Part shown: one piece after another, positions 40,010-51,002 of the stretch
How the letters are laid out: each line of letters opens with the position of its first letter
Position numbering within the stretch: position 1 is the stretch's first letter
DNA from: an uncultured Candidatus Saccharibacteria bacterium
GTDB taxonomy: Bacteria > Patescibacteriota > Minisyncoccia > UBA6257 > 1-14-0-10-44-23
DNA length: 64,000 nt
Assembly (NCBI GenBank): GCA_964641225.1
Contig: CAZXKC010000001.1
Coordinates: 131,602-195,601 of the forward strand
Reading direction: 5' to 3'
Made by a program: the position numbers and the translations under genes
The notes under the pieces: model-generated
What the model saw: the letters and a program-made list of their open reading frames with translations, nothing else
Databases searched by the model: none
Told to the model about the DNA's origin: nothing

Positions 40010-40672
40010 ATGCGCTACTTCATCAACGGCATGTTCCTGCAGATGGGAGAAGGAATCGGTGTGCGGACTATTCCGGGCGCGGGTTCGGTTGCTGTCTTCG
40101 AGACCAAGACCCGCGGCTACATCTTCAACGGCGTCATCCAGCGCCTGAATTCCAGCAATCCCTGGACCGGCTGGGTGCTCGACCACTTCGGCTACGCGAC
40201 GCTCACCAACATCGTCTTCGGCGACGGCGAGCTGCGCTTCACCAAGAAGTACGAAGGTTGCGACGACGAGATCCACTGCACCTTTCGCAAGCACCCCGAC
40301 GCCGAGGCGGTGCTCGTCGGCTACTACGAGGGCGTGGACACGGGCAAGAACACCGCCTGGTGCATGATGACCGGGGTGTCAGATCGCATGTTCGACGAGG
40401 GCGTCATCAAGGGGCTGGCAGCCGGACAGCCCAAGCTGCCGATTGTAACACTGGACGCCGATCAGGAGCGCGAGTGGAGGGAGTACAAGCGAGCGGGTGG
40501 CACTCTGCCCGCGGCTGAAATCCCGCGCGTCAACGAGATTGTTCAGCTCTGCGCTCCAGACGGCCGCTCCATCGCGACGGCGTACCTCAACTCGAACGAC
40601 ATCAAGGGCGGTCTGCCCGACGGACGTACCAATGTCACAGTCAGTGCGACCGTGAGAACCAGGTTCTGCTAG
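40010..40672 (+). CDS. hypothetical protein (220 aa), GC-rich cassette G
   Basis: RBS AGGAGG before ATG 40010; TTGACA at 39884; terminator 40679-40735 (gagacccgca/tgcgggtctc plus TTCGTTTTT). Confidence 0.5.
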   Translation: MRYFINGMFLQMGEGIGVRTIPGAGSVAVFETKTRGYIFNGVIQRLNSSNPWTGWVLDHFGYATLTNIVFGDGELRFTKKYEGCDDEIHCTFRKHPDAEAVLVGYYEGVDTGKNTAWCMMTGVSDRMFDEGVIKGLAAGQPKLPIVTLDADQEREWREYKRAGGTLPAAEIPRVNEIVQLCAPDGRSIATAYLNSNDIKGGLPDGRTNVTVSATVRTRFC

Positions 40673-40784
40673 AGCAACGAGACCCGCAAGGGCGTCGAGA
40701 GACGCACGCTCTGCGGGTCTCTCTTCGTTTTTGACCATTCGTTCAAAATCTGATATTATTGAATAACGCTGGCTGGGCCGGCGT

Positions 40785-42323
40785 TTGTCTTTATATCACG
40801 CTATGCCATCAAAATACGATCACGGTGAGGTAATACTACGATTTTCAGAGGCCTCGTTTGGATACGGGGACAAAAAGCCCATTTTAGATGAGGTGAGTTT
40901 TTCTATGCGCGAAGGGGCGAAAATGGCGCTGATGGGTCAAAATGGCGCCGGTAAAACAACCTTGTTCAGTTTGATTTTGGGTGAACAGGAAATTGATGAG
41001 GGTGATATGCATATTCGCAAGGGGGCGACGATTGCAATTGGTCGGCAGGTAATTCGGCCAGAGGAGCGAACGCTCACGGTGCGGGAATTTTTTGAAGCTG
41101 CGTTTCCTGGTAAGAAAATTTACGATATTGAGCCGCGAATTGAGGAGGTGCTTGAGATTGTGAATGTCCACGCGCCACTCACTCGTAAAGTCACTGAATT
41201 TTCCGGCGGTCAACAGGCGCGTCTGCTTTTGGCTAAGGCGATTATCGCTAAGCCGGATATTTTGCTGCTTGATGAGCCGACCAACAACCTTGACCACGCC
41301 GGTATCGACCATCTCACAAAGTTTTTGCTCGACTATAAAAAGACCTGCATCGTTATCTCGCACGATGCTGACTTTTTGAATGCATTTACGCACGGCGTGT
41401 TGTATTTGGATGTGTATCAGCACAAAGTTGAGCAATACGTTGGAAACTACAAAGATGTGGTGGTTGAAATTGCTGCGCGCATTGAGCGTGATCGTCGTGA
41501 AAATGCGCGTCTGGCTCGCGATATTTCAAATCGTAAAGAGCAGTTTAACTTTTTTGCTCAGAAGGGTGGTCACATGCGTGACGTGGCCCGCAAGATGCGC
41601 GAAAAGATTGAGGAGTTGGAGGAGGAGGTGGTTGAGACCAGGCAGGAGGATAAAACAATCAGCGACTTTGCAATTCCTGCGCAGCAATTTGATGCCGTTG
41701 AATTGGCTGATACCGGCCCGATGTTTAGGATGAATCAGGTGAGCATTATTCCTCCGCACAAACCGGGAGTTGCAGCGAAGCCGGCGGTTAAAAAAGTGGA
41801 TATTGCGCTGCGCAAAGGCGACAAGTTATTTATTAAAGGCCCGAACGGTATTGGTAAGACAACGCTGCTTAATTCAATTGCAACCGGAGAGGCTAAAGGC
41901 GTTTCGTTTATCAAGGGTGCGCGGATTGGGTATTATCGTCAGGATTTTTCCGGATTAGATTTTGACAAGACGGTGTATAAGACGCTCGCAGACGCTGCAT
42001 TTGATGCCAGCGAGCAAGAGCTTCGTTCTGCTGGTGCGCGATTTATGCTTACCTTCGAGCTGATGAATGTAAAAGTTGGGGCGCTTTCAGAGGGTCAGAA
42101 AGGGTTGCTCGCGTTTGCGCAGCTTGTGCTGATGAAGCCAGGCGTTCTGATCATGGACGAGCCAACCAACCACATCAATTTTCGTCATTTGCCGGTGATT
42201 GCTAAGGCGCTGGATCGGTATGAGGGTGTGCTGATTTTCGTCAGCCACATGAAGGAATTTGTGGATCAGATCAAGGTCAGTAATGTATTAGATCTCGGTG
42301 AACTAGTAGGTAAGAAGGCGTAA
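40785..42323 (+). CDS. ABC-F family ATPase (two tandem ABC domains, no TM)
   Basis: two Walker A GQNGAGKTT / GPNGIGKTT and two LSGGQ-like signatures. Confidence 0.8.
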   Translation: MSLYHAMPSKYDHGEVILRFSEASFGYGDKKPILDEVSFSMREGAKMALMGQNGAGKTTLFSLILGEQEIDEGDMHIRKGATIAIGRQVIRPEERTLTVREFFEAAFPGKKIYDIEPRIEEVLEIVNVHAPLTRKVTEFSGGQQARLLLAKAIIAKPDILLLDEPTNNLDHAGIDHLTKFLLDYKKTCIVISHDADFLNAFTHGVLYLDVYQHKVEQYVGNYKDVVVEIAARIERDRRENARLARDISNRKEQFNFFAQKGGHMRDVARKMREKIEELEEEVVETRQEDKTISDFAIPAQQFDAVELADTGPMFRMNQVSIIPPHKPGVAAKPAVKKVDIALRKGDKLFIKGPNGIGKTTLLNSIATGEAKGVSFIKGARIGYYRQDFSGLDFDKTVYKTLADAAFDASEQELRSAGARFMLTFELMNVKVGALSEGQKGLLAFAQLVLMKPGVLIMDEPTNHINFRHLPVIAKALDRYEGVLIFVSHMKEFVDQIKVSNVLDLGELVGKKA

Positions 42324-42442
42324 GATTTTCTGAGTTTCTATTGTAGTAGTTGCGCAAGGGATCTAATCCGGGCCTGTTTTGCGCGTCCTATAGAGTAATG
42401 GCCTGGTGCAAAAAAATTTAAAAAGGAGTAGTATTATTTCCT

Positions 42443-43240
42443 ATGGAAAACATCATTGAGGTAAAGAATCTCGTTAAGAAATTTGGTGATTTTACGGCGG
42501 TGAGTGATACGACGTTTAGCGTGAAGCGAGGAGAGATTTTTGCATTTCTTGGCCCAAATGGCGCCGGTAAAAGCACGACTATTAAAATGCTCACAACACT
42601 TTTAAAGCCGACAAGCGGTACGATTACAATCGACGGGAAAGATCCGCAATATGATCAAGATGCTGTGCGAACTATGTTTGGGATTGTGTTTCAGGACCCA
42701 AGCTTGGACGACGAGTTGACTGCGCAAGAGAATATGGAGTTGCACGGAGTTCTGTATGGAGTTCCGGCTGCACTGCGTCACACGCGTATCGACGAGATGC
42801 TCAAGTTTGTTGATTTGTGGGATCGCAAGGATGACCTGGTAAAACATTTTTCTGGAGGTATGAAGCGGCGACTGGAGATTGCGCGCGGATTGCTGCATCA
42901 TCCGAAGATTTTATTTTTAGACGAGCCAACGCTTGGTCTTGATCCGCAGACGCGTAATCATATTTGGGCGTATATTCAAAAGCTTAATAAGGAAGAGGGC
43001 ATGACAATCTTTTTGACGACGCACTATATGGAGGAGGCTGATAAGATTGCAAATACCGTTTCGATTATTGATCACGGTAAAATTATTGCGAGCGGTTCTT
43101 CGGCTGAGCTGAAGAAGAAGACGGGCACAATATCTCTTGAAGAGGCATTTTTGTCGCTGACCGGTCACGCAATTCGTGAAGAGGAGGCGACGGCGAAAGA
43201 TCATATGCGCGCCATGAGTAAGATGTGGGGAAGGAAGTAG
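42443..43240 (+). CDS. ABC transporter ATP-binding protein
   Basis: GPNGAGKST, FSGGMKRRLEIA, LFLDEPT. Confidence 0.85.
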   Translation: MENIIEVKNLVKKFGDFTAVSDTTFSVKRGEIFAFLGPNGAGKSTTIKMLTTLLKPTSGTITIDGKDPQYDQDAVRTMFGIVFQDPSLDDELTAQENMELHGVLYGVPAALRHTRIDEMLKFVDLWDRKDDLVKHFSGGMKRRLEIARGLLHHPKILFLDEPTLGLDPQTRNHIWAYIQKLNKEEGMTIFLTTHYMEEADKIANTVSIIDHGKIIASGSSAELKKKTGTISLEEAFLSLTGHAIREEEATAKDHMRAMSKMWGRK

Positions 43241-43287
43241 GGAACGATACATTATAAATTTGAAATTAATAATTTAAAATTGAAAGT

Positions 43288-44037
43288 ATGCAAGTTCTCT
43301 ATATTCTCTGGCTGCGTCAAATTAAGCGTTATTTTCGCTCACGGGCTCGATTAATCGGTTCGCTTGGGCAGCCAATTTTATTTTTGGTTGCACTCGGTTA
43401 CGGCTTTGGGCCAATTTTTTCACAGGCCGGCGGCGGTAACTATATCCAGTTTTTGGCTCCGGGCGTGATTGGCATGGGTATTATCTTTACAGCTATTTTT
43501 TCCGGTATTGAGGTGATTTGGGATAAGCAATTCGGGTTTCTGAAAGAAACGCTGGTGGCTCCGGTAACGCGTACAAAGATTATGATCGGTCGTACGCTCG
43601 GAGGTGCGACGGTTGCCACACTGCAGGGAGTACTCGTCTTCGTTATCTCATTGTTTGTTGGTTTTCGTCCGGAAAGTTTCCTTAGTGTGCTTGGCGCTCT
43701 TCTGATCATGTTCCTGGTTGCCGTTGTATTTACGGCACTTGGTACGGCGATCGCCTCGATGCTTGATGATATGCAGGGGTTCCAGCTGATCATGAATTTC
43801 TTGGTGATGCCGTTATTTTTCCTCTCTGGCGCCCTGTTTCCGCTTGAAGGTTTACCGGCTGGTATTAAGGCGGTTGCAATTATTGATCCGCTTTCATATG
43901 GTATCGACGCACTGCGCGGGCTGCTTATCGGCATGCCGTATCATTTTAGTTTGGCAATCGACTTTGTAGTCCTTGCAGGGTTGTGTGTACTCTTTTTGGG
44001 GATTGGTAGTTACTTGTTTAAAAAGATCCAGGTCTAA
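43288..44037 (+). CDS. ABC-2 family transporter permease
   Basis: 6-TM protein following the ATPase. Confidence 0.7.
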   Translation: MQVLYILWLRQIKRYFRSRARLIGSLGQPILFLVALGYGFGPIFSQAGGGNYIQFLAPGVIGMGIIFTAIFSGIEVIWDKQFGFLKETLVAPVTRTKIMIGRTLGGATVATLQGVLVFVISLFVGFRPESFLSVLGALLIMFLVAVVFTALGTAIASMLDDMQGFQLIMNFLVMPLFFLSGALFPLEGLPAGIKAVAIIDPLSYGIDALRGLLIGMPYHFSLAIDFVVLAGLCVLFLGIGSYLFKKIQV

Positions 44038-44247
44038 AAATTTTAGCCACATCTGTCTGCATGTTGTTATAAAAGGTCGGTAGTTTGTGTAGTAGATAGA
44101 ATACAATGCGCGCTGCAACCCTTCGGGATCAGGCCAATTTCCGCCATCTCTTCGTCGGAACGTCCTCGAAGTGAGTAAACCCACTCCTTGCGGTGTTCCT
44201 TCTCGAGCTGACAGAACTTGGCCTAGATCGCGTAACAAAGCATATTT

Positions 44248-44817
44248 ATGACACAGGACTTAACCGACGAGGAAATCGCGGCGCTTGTACAAAAAGGCGA
44301 TGTTGATGCCTTTGGGGAACTGATTGCGCGCTTTGATCAAAAAATGACGCGATATGCCCGGAAATTTCTCTTCCAGGGCGAGGACGTAAAAGATCTCGTA
44401 CAAGAGGTTTTTATAAAGGCATACGTGAATATCAAGAGTTTTGACGCGGCGCGCCGTTTTTCGCCGTGGCTGTATCGTATTGCTCATAACGAGTTTATTA
44501 ATGCCGTTAAAAAGAAAAGCAGATTGCCGTTTTTTTCGTTTGATTTTGATACTGTATTACCGCAACTTGTTGCGCCTGAAACTGCAGACGGAGAGATGGC
44601 AAAGGCCGAGATCAAAATTATGCTGGATCGCTGTCTTGATAAGCTGAGTCCGAAATATCGTGAGCCACTTGTTTTGTATTATATTGAGGAGATGGATTAT
44701 AAGGAGATCGCCGAGATTTTAAAGCTGCCGGTTGCCACTGTGGGCGTGCGTCTGAACAGAGGTAAGGCGATGCTACGAAAGGTCGTAACTACATTAACTA
44801 CTGAATATGGAAAATAA
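44248..44817 (+). CDS. RNA polymerase sigma factor, ECF (sigma-70 regions 2 and 4)
   Basis: region 2 RIAHNEFINAVKK, region 4 YREPLVLYYIEEMDYKEIAEIL. Confidence 0.8.
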   Translation: MTQDLTDEEIAALVQKGDVDAFGELIARFDQKMTRYARKFLFQGEDVKDLVQEVFIKAYVNIKSFDAARRFSPWLYRIAHNEFINAVKKKSRLPFFSFDFDTVLPQLVAPETADGEMAKAEIKIMLDRCLDKLSPKYREPLVLYYIEEMDYKEIAEILKLPVATVGVRLNRGKAMLRKVVTTLTTEYGK

Positions 44818-45496
44818 CACATCATTTAAACAAGAGGTTTTAGAGGCGATTAAAGAGCGTCATGTGGCAATGCGTCCGCGGTGGCAATTTATACTTGCCG
44901 GCGTACTCGCAGTGATCGGTGGAATTTTGATTGCACTGGTGCTTCTGTATTTAGTTAGTTTTATTATCTTTGTGCTGCGGCAGACGGGTGTTGGCTTTGT
45001 TCCAAGCTTTGGAGCGCGCGGCTGGTTTGCCTTTTTTGTATCCCTGCCGTGGCTTTTAATCTTATTTGCGACGATATTTGTCGTGATTTTAGAGATTTTG
45101 GTGCGTCGTTATGCATTTGCGTATCGCCGGCCGCTGCTCTATTCGGTATGTTGTATTCTTGCGCTTGTAATCGTCGGAGGATTTTTTGTTGCCTCGACGC
45201 CGCTGCACCGAAAACTTTTTGTATCGGCCGAAGAGCAGCATCTACCGTTTGGGGCACCGTTCTATCGGGGATTTGGCGATCGCGAGTTTGGAAATATTTT
45301 CCGCGGGCGAGTAGTGGCAACAACAACCGAGGGATTTGTGCTTCAGGGGCGCCGCGGACCGCTGATGATTATTGTTACGCCTCAAACCCAGTTGCCGTTT
45401 GATACGGAGTTTTTGCCGGGCAATATCGTTGTTGTTTTTGGTGATCGCTCAAGCAGTACTATTGAGGCGGTTGGTGTGCGAACTATTGGTGAGTAG
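44807..45496 (+). CDS. membrane protein, candidate anti-sigma factor (overlaps sigma gene stop)
   Basis: translationally coupled to ECF sigma; multiple TM segments. Confidence 0.4.
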   Translation: MENNTSFKQEVLEAIKERHVAMRPRWQFILAGVLAVIGGILIALVLLYLVSFIIFVLRQTGVGFVPSFGARGWFAFFVSLPWLLILFATIFVVILEILVRRYAFAYRRPLLYSVCCILALVIVGGFFVASTPLHRKLFVSAEEQHLPFGAPFYRGFGDREFGNIFRGRVVATTTEGFVLQGRRGPLMIIVTPQTQLPFDTEFLPGNIVVVFGDRSSSTIEAVGVRTIGE

Positions 45497-45623
45497 CCAT
45501 GTCATCGCTCTATGCGATGGAGATTTACTAGATGAAATAAAAATAGAGCTTCTCTGTACTATATAGTGTAAGCGCTTATACATTATTAGTTTAAGTATCA
45601 CGTAGTAATACGCTATAGAACAC

Positions 45624-46061
45624 ATGAAAAGGAAAGTATTAACATATGCAGCCGCATCTGCCGTTGGTCTGAGTTTACTCGGCGCCGGCGTTGCCTCGGC
45701 TCATGGGATGTTTGGATTTGCTCCGACATTAACCGCAGAACAGATCGCCACGAATCAGCAGACGATGTTTCAGAAAGAGGCGGAACTGCTTGGTATTAGT
45801 GTCGATGCTATAAAGACCGGTTGGGCACAAGGTCAGAGCGTGAAGGAGATTGCCGCTGCAAACGGCATCAGCGAGGATCAGCTTAAATTAAAAATGCAGG
45901 CCGCGGCTGATGCTGCGATTAAGACTCGCTTGCAGGCGCTGGTTGATAAGGGCGTGATCACGCAGGATCAAATGAACCAGCGGCTAACGTTTATGCAGGC
46001 ACAGCAGTCTAAAATGAAGGGCGGTAAAGGTCGTATGGGTCGCGGATTTGGTTTCTTCTAA
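45624..46061 (+). CDS. hypothetical secreted protein
   Basis: signal peptide, ORF only. Confidence 0.4.
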   Translation: MKRKVLTYAAASAVGLSLLGAGVASAHGMFGFAPTLTAEQIATNQQTMFQKEAELLGISVDAIKTGWAQGQSVKEIAAANGISEDQLKLKMQAAADAAIKTRLQALVDKGVITQDQMNQRLTFMQAQQSKMKGGKGRMGRGFGFF

Positions 46062-46145
46062 TGGTACGTACTATCGGTCCGCTGTCTCAGTGAGGGGAGG
46101 GCGGACCGGTGTGTTTTATTCTGAGTCTTGTGCTAGCATACCCCT

Positions 46146-47828
46146 ATGTCATTATTTAGTACTATGTTTCGCAGGCTTGCTGCCCATAAAGTACTCACTG
46201 CTTTTGTAATTATCGTCGTGGGTAGTGGTGCATATTTGCTGGTTAAAAAAAGCAGCGCGACGGCAACTGAAACTCGCTACGTGCTTTCTGAGGTTTCGAA
46301 GGGTACGCTGATTGCCTCTGTTTCCGGAACTGGGCAGGTTTCGGTTTCAAACCAAGTCGATGTGAAGCCAAAGGCCTCCGGAGATGTCATTGCCGTGAGC
46401 GTGGTTCAGGGTCAATACGTTACTGCCGGCCAGATGATTGCGCAGCTTGATACCGCCGAGGCACAAAAGTCTGTGCGTGATGCTGAGGTGAGTTTGCAAT
46501 CTACGCAGCTGAGTTTTGATAAAGCAAAGCAGTCAAGCGCAGACTTGGAAACAATTACGCAGAATGCGTTTGCAGATCTTTCAAATGCATTTTTAGATTT
46601 TCCGGCTATTGTCAGCGGCTCGGCCGATATTATTTTGGGGAGTACGATTAACACGCGTTCACAGGATAACGCCTCGTATTATAAGGATTATGTCGGGCAG
46701 CTTGATTATCAGAATTATTTAAAAGTTTCTGGTCTTGCTGACTTAGCAACAAAGGACGTTAAAGCCGCTCAAAGTAGTTACGAGGAGGCGTTATCGATAT
46801 ATAAAAATACAGATCGTTCTGCTGATTCTGTCTTAGCGCAGAATTTACTTACGAAGGCGCTGAGTGCAACCCAGAAATTGGCCCAGGCGCTTAAGAGTGA
46901 ACAGAATTTAATTGATTATCTATTTGATTATCAGCTGACATATAACCGGCCACCGCTTCCGGCGTTGGTTACGACATATAAAAATAATATTCGTACCTAT
47001 CTTGGGCAGGTTAATAATCATCTCTCTAGCTTAACGAGTGCGCGTAATAATATTGAAAATGTTCCACTTGATATAAAGTCCCAGGAACTTTCACTGATGC
47101 AGCGCCAAAATGCTCTGCAGGATGCTAAGGACGCGCTCGCTCATTATTATATTCGAGCTCCGTTTAGCGGCATTGTTGCAAAATTAAATGTTAAACGAGG
47201 CGATTCGGTTTCTTCGGGTACTGCCGTTGCAACAGTTATTACGACTCAAAAAATCGCACAAATTTCCTTGAATGAGGTGGACATCGCGAAAGTTTCTCTC
47301 GGACAGAAGGCGACGCTTACGTTTGATGCGGTGCCCGATTTAACAATTACCGGTTCAGTGAACCTGATTGATTCGCTGGGGACGGCTTCTCAGGGAGTGG
47401 TAACTTATGTTGTGACGATTGTGTTTGATACGCAGGATACGCGGATTAAGCCGGGTATGAGCGTGTCTGCGTCAGTTATTACGAGTGCAAAACACGATAT
47501 ACTCTTAATCCCTAATTCTGCCGTTAAGGCAACGGGTGGTACTAATTACGTTGAATTATTCGAATCATCCGAAGGCGTCCCAAGTTCTACTGCTCTGACT
47601 GGTCAAGGAGTTGTCTCGCCCGTTTTGCCGACACGGCAGAGTATCGAGATTGGGTTAAGTAACGATACAATGACGGAGGTGGTGGGCGGATTAACTGAGG
47701 GCGAGGTGATTGTAGCGCGAACGATAGCCGGTTCTGCAACAACCGCTGCTACTACAAATAGTTCCGCATTTCGTCTGCCGGGAATCGGCGGCGCAACTGG
47801 TGGTGCTGTGCGCGTTATAGGGCGCTAA
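46146..47828 (+). CDS. efflux periplasmic adaptor (HlyD/MacA-like membrane fusion protein)
   Basis: N-terminal anchor, coiled-coil, biotin-lipoyl-like YIRAPFSGIVAKLNVKRGD. Confidence 0.7.
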   Translation: MSLFSTMFRRLAAHKVLTAFVIIVVGSGAYLLVKKSSATATETRYVLSEVSKGTLIASVSGTGQVSVSNQVDVKPKASGDVIAVSVVQGQYVTAGQMIAQLDTAEAQKSVRDAEVSLQSTQLSFDKAKQSSADLETITQNAFADLSNAFLDFPAIVSGSADIILGSTINTRSQDNASYYKDYVGQLDYQNYLKVSGLADLATKDVKAAQSSYEEALSIYKNTDRSADSVLAQNLLTKALSATQKLAQALKSEQNLIDYLFDYQLTYNRPPLPALVTTYKNNIRTYLGQVNNHLSSLTSARNNIENVPLDIKSQELSLMQRQNALQDAKDALAHYYIRAPFSGIVAKLNVKRGDSVSSGTAVATVITTQKIAQISLNEVDIAKVSLGQKATLTFDAVPDLTITGSVNLIDSLGTASQGVVTYVVTIVFDTQDTRIKPGMSVSASVITSAKHDILLIPNSAVKATGGTNYVELFESSEGVPSSTALTGQGVVSPVLPTRQSIEIGLSNDTMTEVVGGLTEGEVIVARTIAGSATTAATTNSSAFRLPGIGGATGGAVRVIGR

Positions 47829-47842
47829 GTTTTATTGAACGC

Positions 47843-48565
47843 ATGATTGAGTGTAAGAATATTGTGAAAACATATGTAAGCGGAGACGTACAAACAGATG
47901 TACTTAAGGGCGTTTCGTTTTCGGTGAAAGAGGGTGAGTTTGTGGCCATTATGGGCCCCTCTGGGAGCGGTAAGTCTACGCTGATGCATATTTTAGGAGC
48001 GCTTGATACCCCGACGTCGGGGTCGTATGTGCTTGACGGTCATGATGTATCAACGCTGTCTGATGATGCGCTGGCAGATATGCGTCGTAAGAAAATTGGG
48101 TTTGTGTTTCAATCGTTTAATTTGCTCGCGCGTTCAAGCGTGCTGCGTAACGTCATGCTGCCGCTGATGTATGCCGGGACACCGAAGGCTCAGCGTGCTG
48201 CGTTTGCCCAGAAAGCGTTAACTGCCGCCGGTCTTGAAAAAAATAGATGGGAGCATCTTTCGAATCAACTTTCGGGCGGTCAGATGCAGCGCGTTGCAAT
48301 CGCACGCGCCCTTGTTAACCGGCCGAGTATTATTTTGGCAGACGAGCCAACGGGCAACTTAGATAGTAAAACCGGCGAGATTGTACTCGGTACATTTCAG
48401 CATCTGAATCAGCACGAGGGGCATACCATTGTTTTGATCACGCACGAGCGATATGTGGCTGAGCATGCCGATCGAATTATTCATATTCAAGATGGTTTGA
48501 TTTTAGAGGACAAGAAAAATGTACATAAGCGCGTTGTAGTTGCGCATCACCACCTACCAGCATGA
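47843..48565 (+). CDS. MacB/LolD-like ABC ATP-binding protein
   Basis: [35 protein letters not shown]. Confidence 0.85.
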   Translation: MIECKNIVKTYVSGDVQTDVLKGVSFSVKEGEFVAIMGPSGSGKSTLMHILGALDTPTSGSYVLDGHDVSTLSDDALADMRRKKIGFVFQSFNLLARSSVLRNVMLPLMYAGTPKAQRAAFAQKALTAAGLEKNRWEHLSNQLSGGQMQRVAIARALVNRPSIILADEPTGNLDSKTGEIVLGTFQHLNQHEGHTIVLITHERYVAEHADRIIHIQDGLILEDKKNVHKRVVVAHHHLPA

Positions 48566-49785
48566 GTATTATCGATTTGCTCGAAGAGACATATGCCTCG
48601 CTTACCGCTAATAAAGTGCGCACCGGGTTAACTATGCTGGGTATTATTATCGGTATCGGCTCGGTGATCGCAATGATTTCCGTTGGTCAAGGCGCACAGA
48701 CTTCAATACAAGCGAGTATTCAATCAATTGGTTCTAATTTATTGCTTGTGACACCGGGGGCGCAGCGCGGTGCTGGCGTACAAATTTCAGCGGGGCGTGG
48801 CTCTGGCCAGAGCTTGACGCAGGGTGATGCAGATGCGATTGCTGCCGAGATAACGCTCGCACAGGCGGTTGCTCCGGAGATTTCTCGGCGCTACCAGGTT
48901 ACGGCGCGTGGCACTAATACGAATACTCAGGTTGTTGGCACCGTATCAACGTATCCTGATGTTCGCAATGTTGTGCTTGATACTGGATCGTTTATTGCTG
49001 ATCAGCACAGTAAGAGTTTATCTAAGGTTGCCGTGCTTGGTCCAACGACACGTGATGATTTGTTTGGCGCAGATGCTGATGCGATAGGGCAGTCTATTAG
49101 AATAAACAAGGTTGATTTTAAAGTTATCGGGATTACTAAGGCAAAAGGAGGGACGGGGTTTGGTAGTCAGGACGACATGATATTTATTCCGCTTTCAACT
49201 GCACAGCGATTTTTGGCCGGTGATAATTATGTAACTACAATTAGTATTAAGGCGCGCAGCGCAGACGTGATGAGCGATATACAGCAGCAGGTGACTAGTC
49301 TGTTGCTTGATCGACATCACATTAGTGATCCACAGGGGGCGGATTTTAGCGTCTTGAATCAAACTGACATTGTGGCCACTGCTTCATCTATAACCGGAAC
49401 ATTTACTATCCTGCTTGGTGCGATTGCCGGCATTTCGTTGTTAGTGGGCGGTATCGGTATCATGAATATGATGTTAACCACGGTTACGGAACGCACGCGC
49501 GAGATTGGTTTGCGTAAAGCTATTGGAGCAAAAAAGAAGGATATTAGTGTTCAATTTTTAGTTGAATCGGTCGCACTGACATTTTTGGGAGGCGTGCTTG
49601 GTCTTGCGCTCGGATGGATCATTGCATTTGCAGTCACGCAACTGGCCGGTATTGCTACGACTGTTTCAACCTCTTCTGTCGTGCTCGCCTTTGGGGTCTC
49701 TGCCGGTATCGGTATTATGTTCGGATATTATCCTGCGCGCCGCGCCGCCTCACTTAATCCCATAGAGGCGTTGCGGTACGAGTAA
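48562..49785 (+). CDS. MacB/FtsX-family ABC permease
   Basis: N-terminal TM, periplasmic MacB_PCD-like region, C-terminal FtsX 3-TM. Confidence 0.85.
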   Translation: MSIIDLLEETYASLTANKVRTGLTMLGIIIGIGSVIAMISVGQGAQTSIQASIQSIGSNLLLVTPGAQRGAGVQISAGRGSGQSLTQGDADAIAAEITLAQAVAPEISRRYQVTARGTNTNTQVVGTVSTYPDVRNVVLDTGSFIADQHSKSLSKVAVLGPTTRDDLFGADADAIGQSIRINKVDFKVIGITKAKGGTGFGSQDDMIFIPLSTAQRFLAGDNYVTTISIKARSADVMSDIQQQVTSLLLDRHHISDPQGADFSVLNQTDIVATASSITGTFTILLGAIAGISLLVGGIGIMNMMLTTVTERTREIGLRKAIGAKKKDISVQFLVESVALTFLGGVLGLALGWIIAFAVTQLAGIATTVSTSSVVLAFGVSAGIGIMFGYYPARRAASLNPIEALRYE

Positions 49786-49817
49786 CAGTATTAATACCTA
49801 ATTACGTATGAATATAT

Positions 49818-50261
49818 ATGCATAAAAAAATTATTACACCTATTATTATTTCAGTGCTTGTCGCAGGTGGTCTTGGTTTTTTCGCAGGATCGCAGTACGC
49901 GAAGCGTAGCGTATCGACTCAGGCTGCTCAGTTCCGCGGTCAGTTTGGATCTCAGAATGGAGGCTTTGGTGGTCAGGGTAGCCAGGGCGGTATTCGTATG
50001 CGTGGGGCCGGTGGCGGCGTAGTCATGGGCGATATTCTTTCGAAAGACGCTACAAGCATAACGGTGAGCATGCAAAGCGGCGGCTCAAAGATAGTCTTTC
50101 TTTCGAATGGTACGGCGATCGCAAAATCAGTCTCTGGTTCGGCGAGTGACTTAGTAATTGGTGAGCATGTTTTGATAAATGGTACAGCAAATTCTGATGG
50201 AAGTTTAACCGCGCAGATGATACAATTACGTCCATCGGTAGCGTCTTCTACGCTCCGCTAA
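49818..50261 (+). CDS. hypothetical secreted Gly-rich protein
   Basis: ORF, signal/anchor. Confidence 0.4.
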   Translation: MHKKIITPIIISVLVAGGLGFFAGSQYAKRSVSTQAAQFRGQFGSQNGGFGGQGSQGGIRMRGAGGGVVMGDILSKDATSITVSMQSGGSKIVFLSNGTAIAKSVSGSASDLVIGEHVLINGTANSDGSLTAQMIQLRPSVASSTLR

Positions 50262-50282
50262 ACGCATACGCCCATCAGAGGC

Positions 50283-50993
50283 GTGATAGGTATGGAACGA
50301 GAAACTATTGTATGTATCCCTGGATTAGGTGGCCATCGCAGTGCATTTAAAGGCTACGCAGAACTTTTGTCGGATCACCAATTCCGATATATTGAGGTTG
50401 CCAATTGGAAGGAGGCGTTTATAGAGCTCAAGGCGATTGTTGCCAAAGAAGGCAAGGTCACGCTGCTATGTCACTGTTACGGGACGCAGTTGGGTTTGCG
50501 CCTGGTACAGGCAATGCCCGGATCAGTCTCTCGCCTTGTTCTTATTGAGCCATTTTTTGCGCAACTGCACCGGTGGCGGTGGCCTGCGCGCCTTATTAAT
50601 ACGATTCTCGTATTATTTTTTACGATCACTGATTGGTTTGGGCTTCGGCGCCGAACTTTTCCGTATAAGCACCGCATTGATTACGGACAACTCGCAAAAT
50701 ATCCGCTTATATTTCAGCCGTTTTTTGATATGCGTTGGCAAAGTCTGACAGATTATTTTCTTAAAACAAATGATCTGCTTACATTTAAACTTCCTGAGCG
50801 AGTAACTACAAAAACATTATTTGTGTTATCGCCCAAAGGGTATTTTAGGAGTCTGCGTGACAAGAAGCGCGTGTTTCGAATTTTTGAAAATGCTGATGTT
50901 GCTGAGATCTCGGCGATGAGCCATAACATTATCAGTATCGCGCCGCATGCGGTCGTAGCGCCGATTGAACACTGGCTTAAAAGCAGTCAGTAG
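50283..50993 (+). CDS. hypothetical protein, possible alpha/beta-hydrolase fold
   Basis: IVCIPGLGGH N-terminal motif only; weak. Confidence 0.35.
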   Translation: MIGMERETIVCIPGLGGHRSAFKGYAELLSDHQFRYIEVANWKEAFIELKAIVAKEGKVTLLCHCYGTQLGLRLVQAMPGSVSRLVLIEPFFAQLHRWRWPARLINTILVLFFTITDWFGLRRRTFPYKHRIDYGQLAKYPLIFQPFFDMRWQSLTDYFLKTNDLLTFKLPERVTTKTLFVLSPKGYFRSLRDKKRVFRIFENADVAEISAMSHNIISIAPHAVVAPIEHWLKSSQ

Positions 50994-51002
50994 GTTTAGA
51001 TT

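Noticed and set aside
40884-41435. 183-aa minus-strand ORF
   Set aside because: Antisense inside the ABC-F ATPase gene.
43440-44238. minus-strand ORFs of 164 and 114 aa
   Set aside because: The first is antisense to the ABC-2 permease. The second spans an intergenic region with no RBS or promoter and a low-complexity product.
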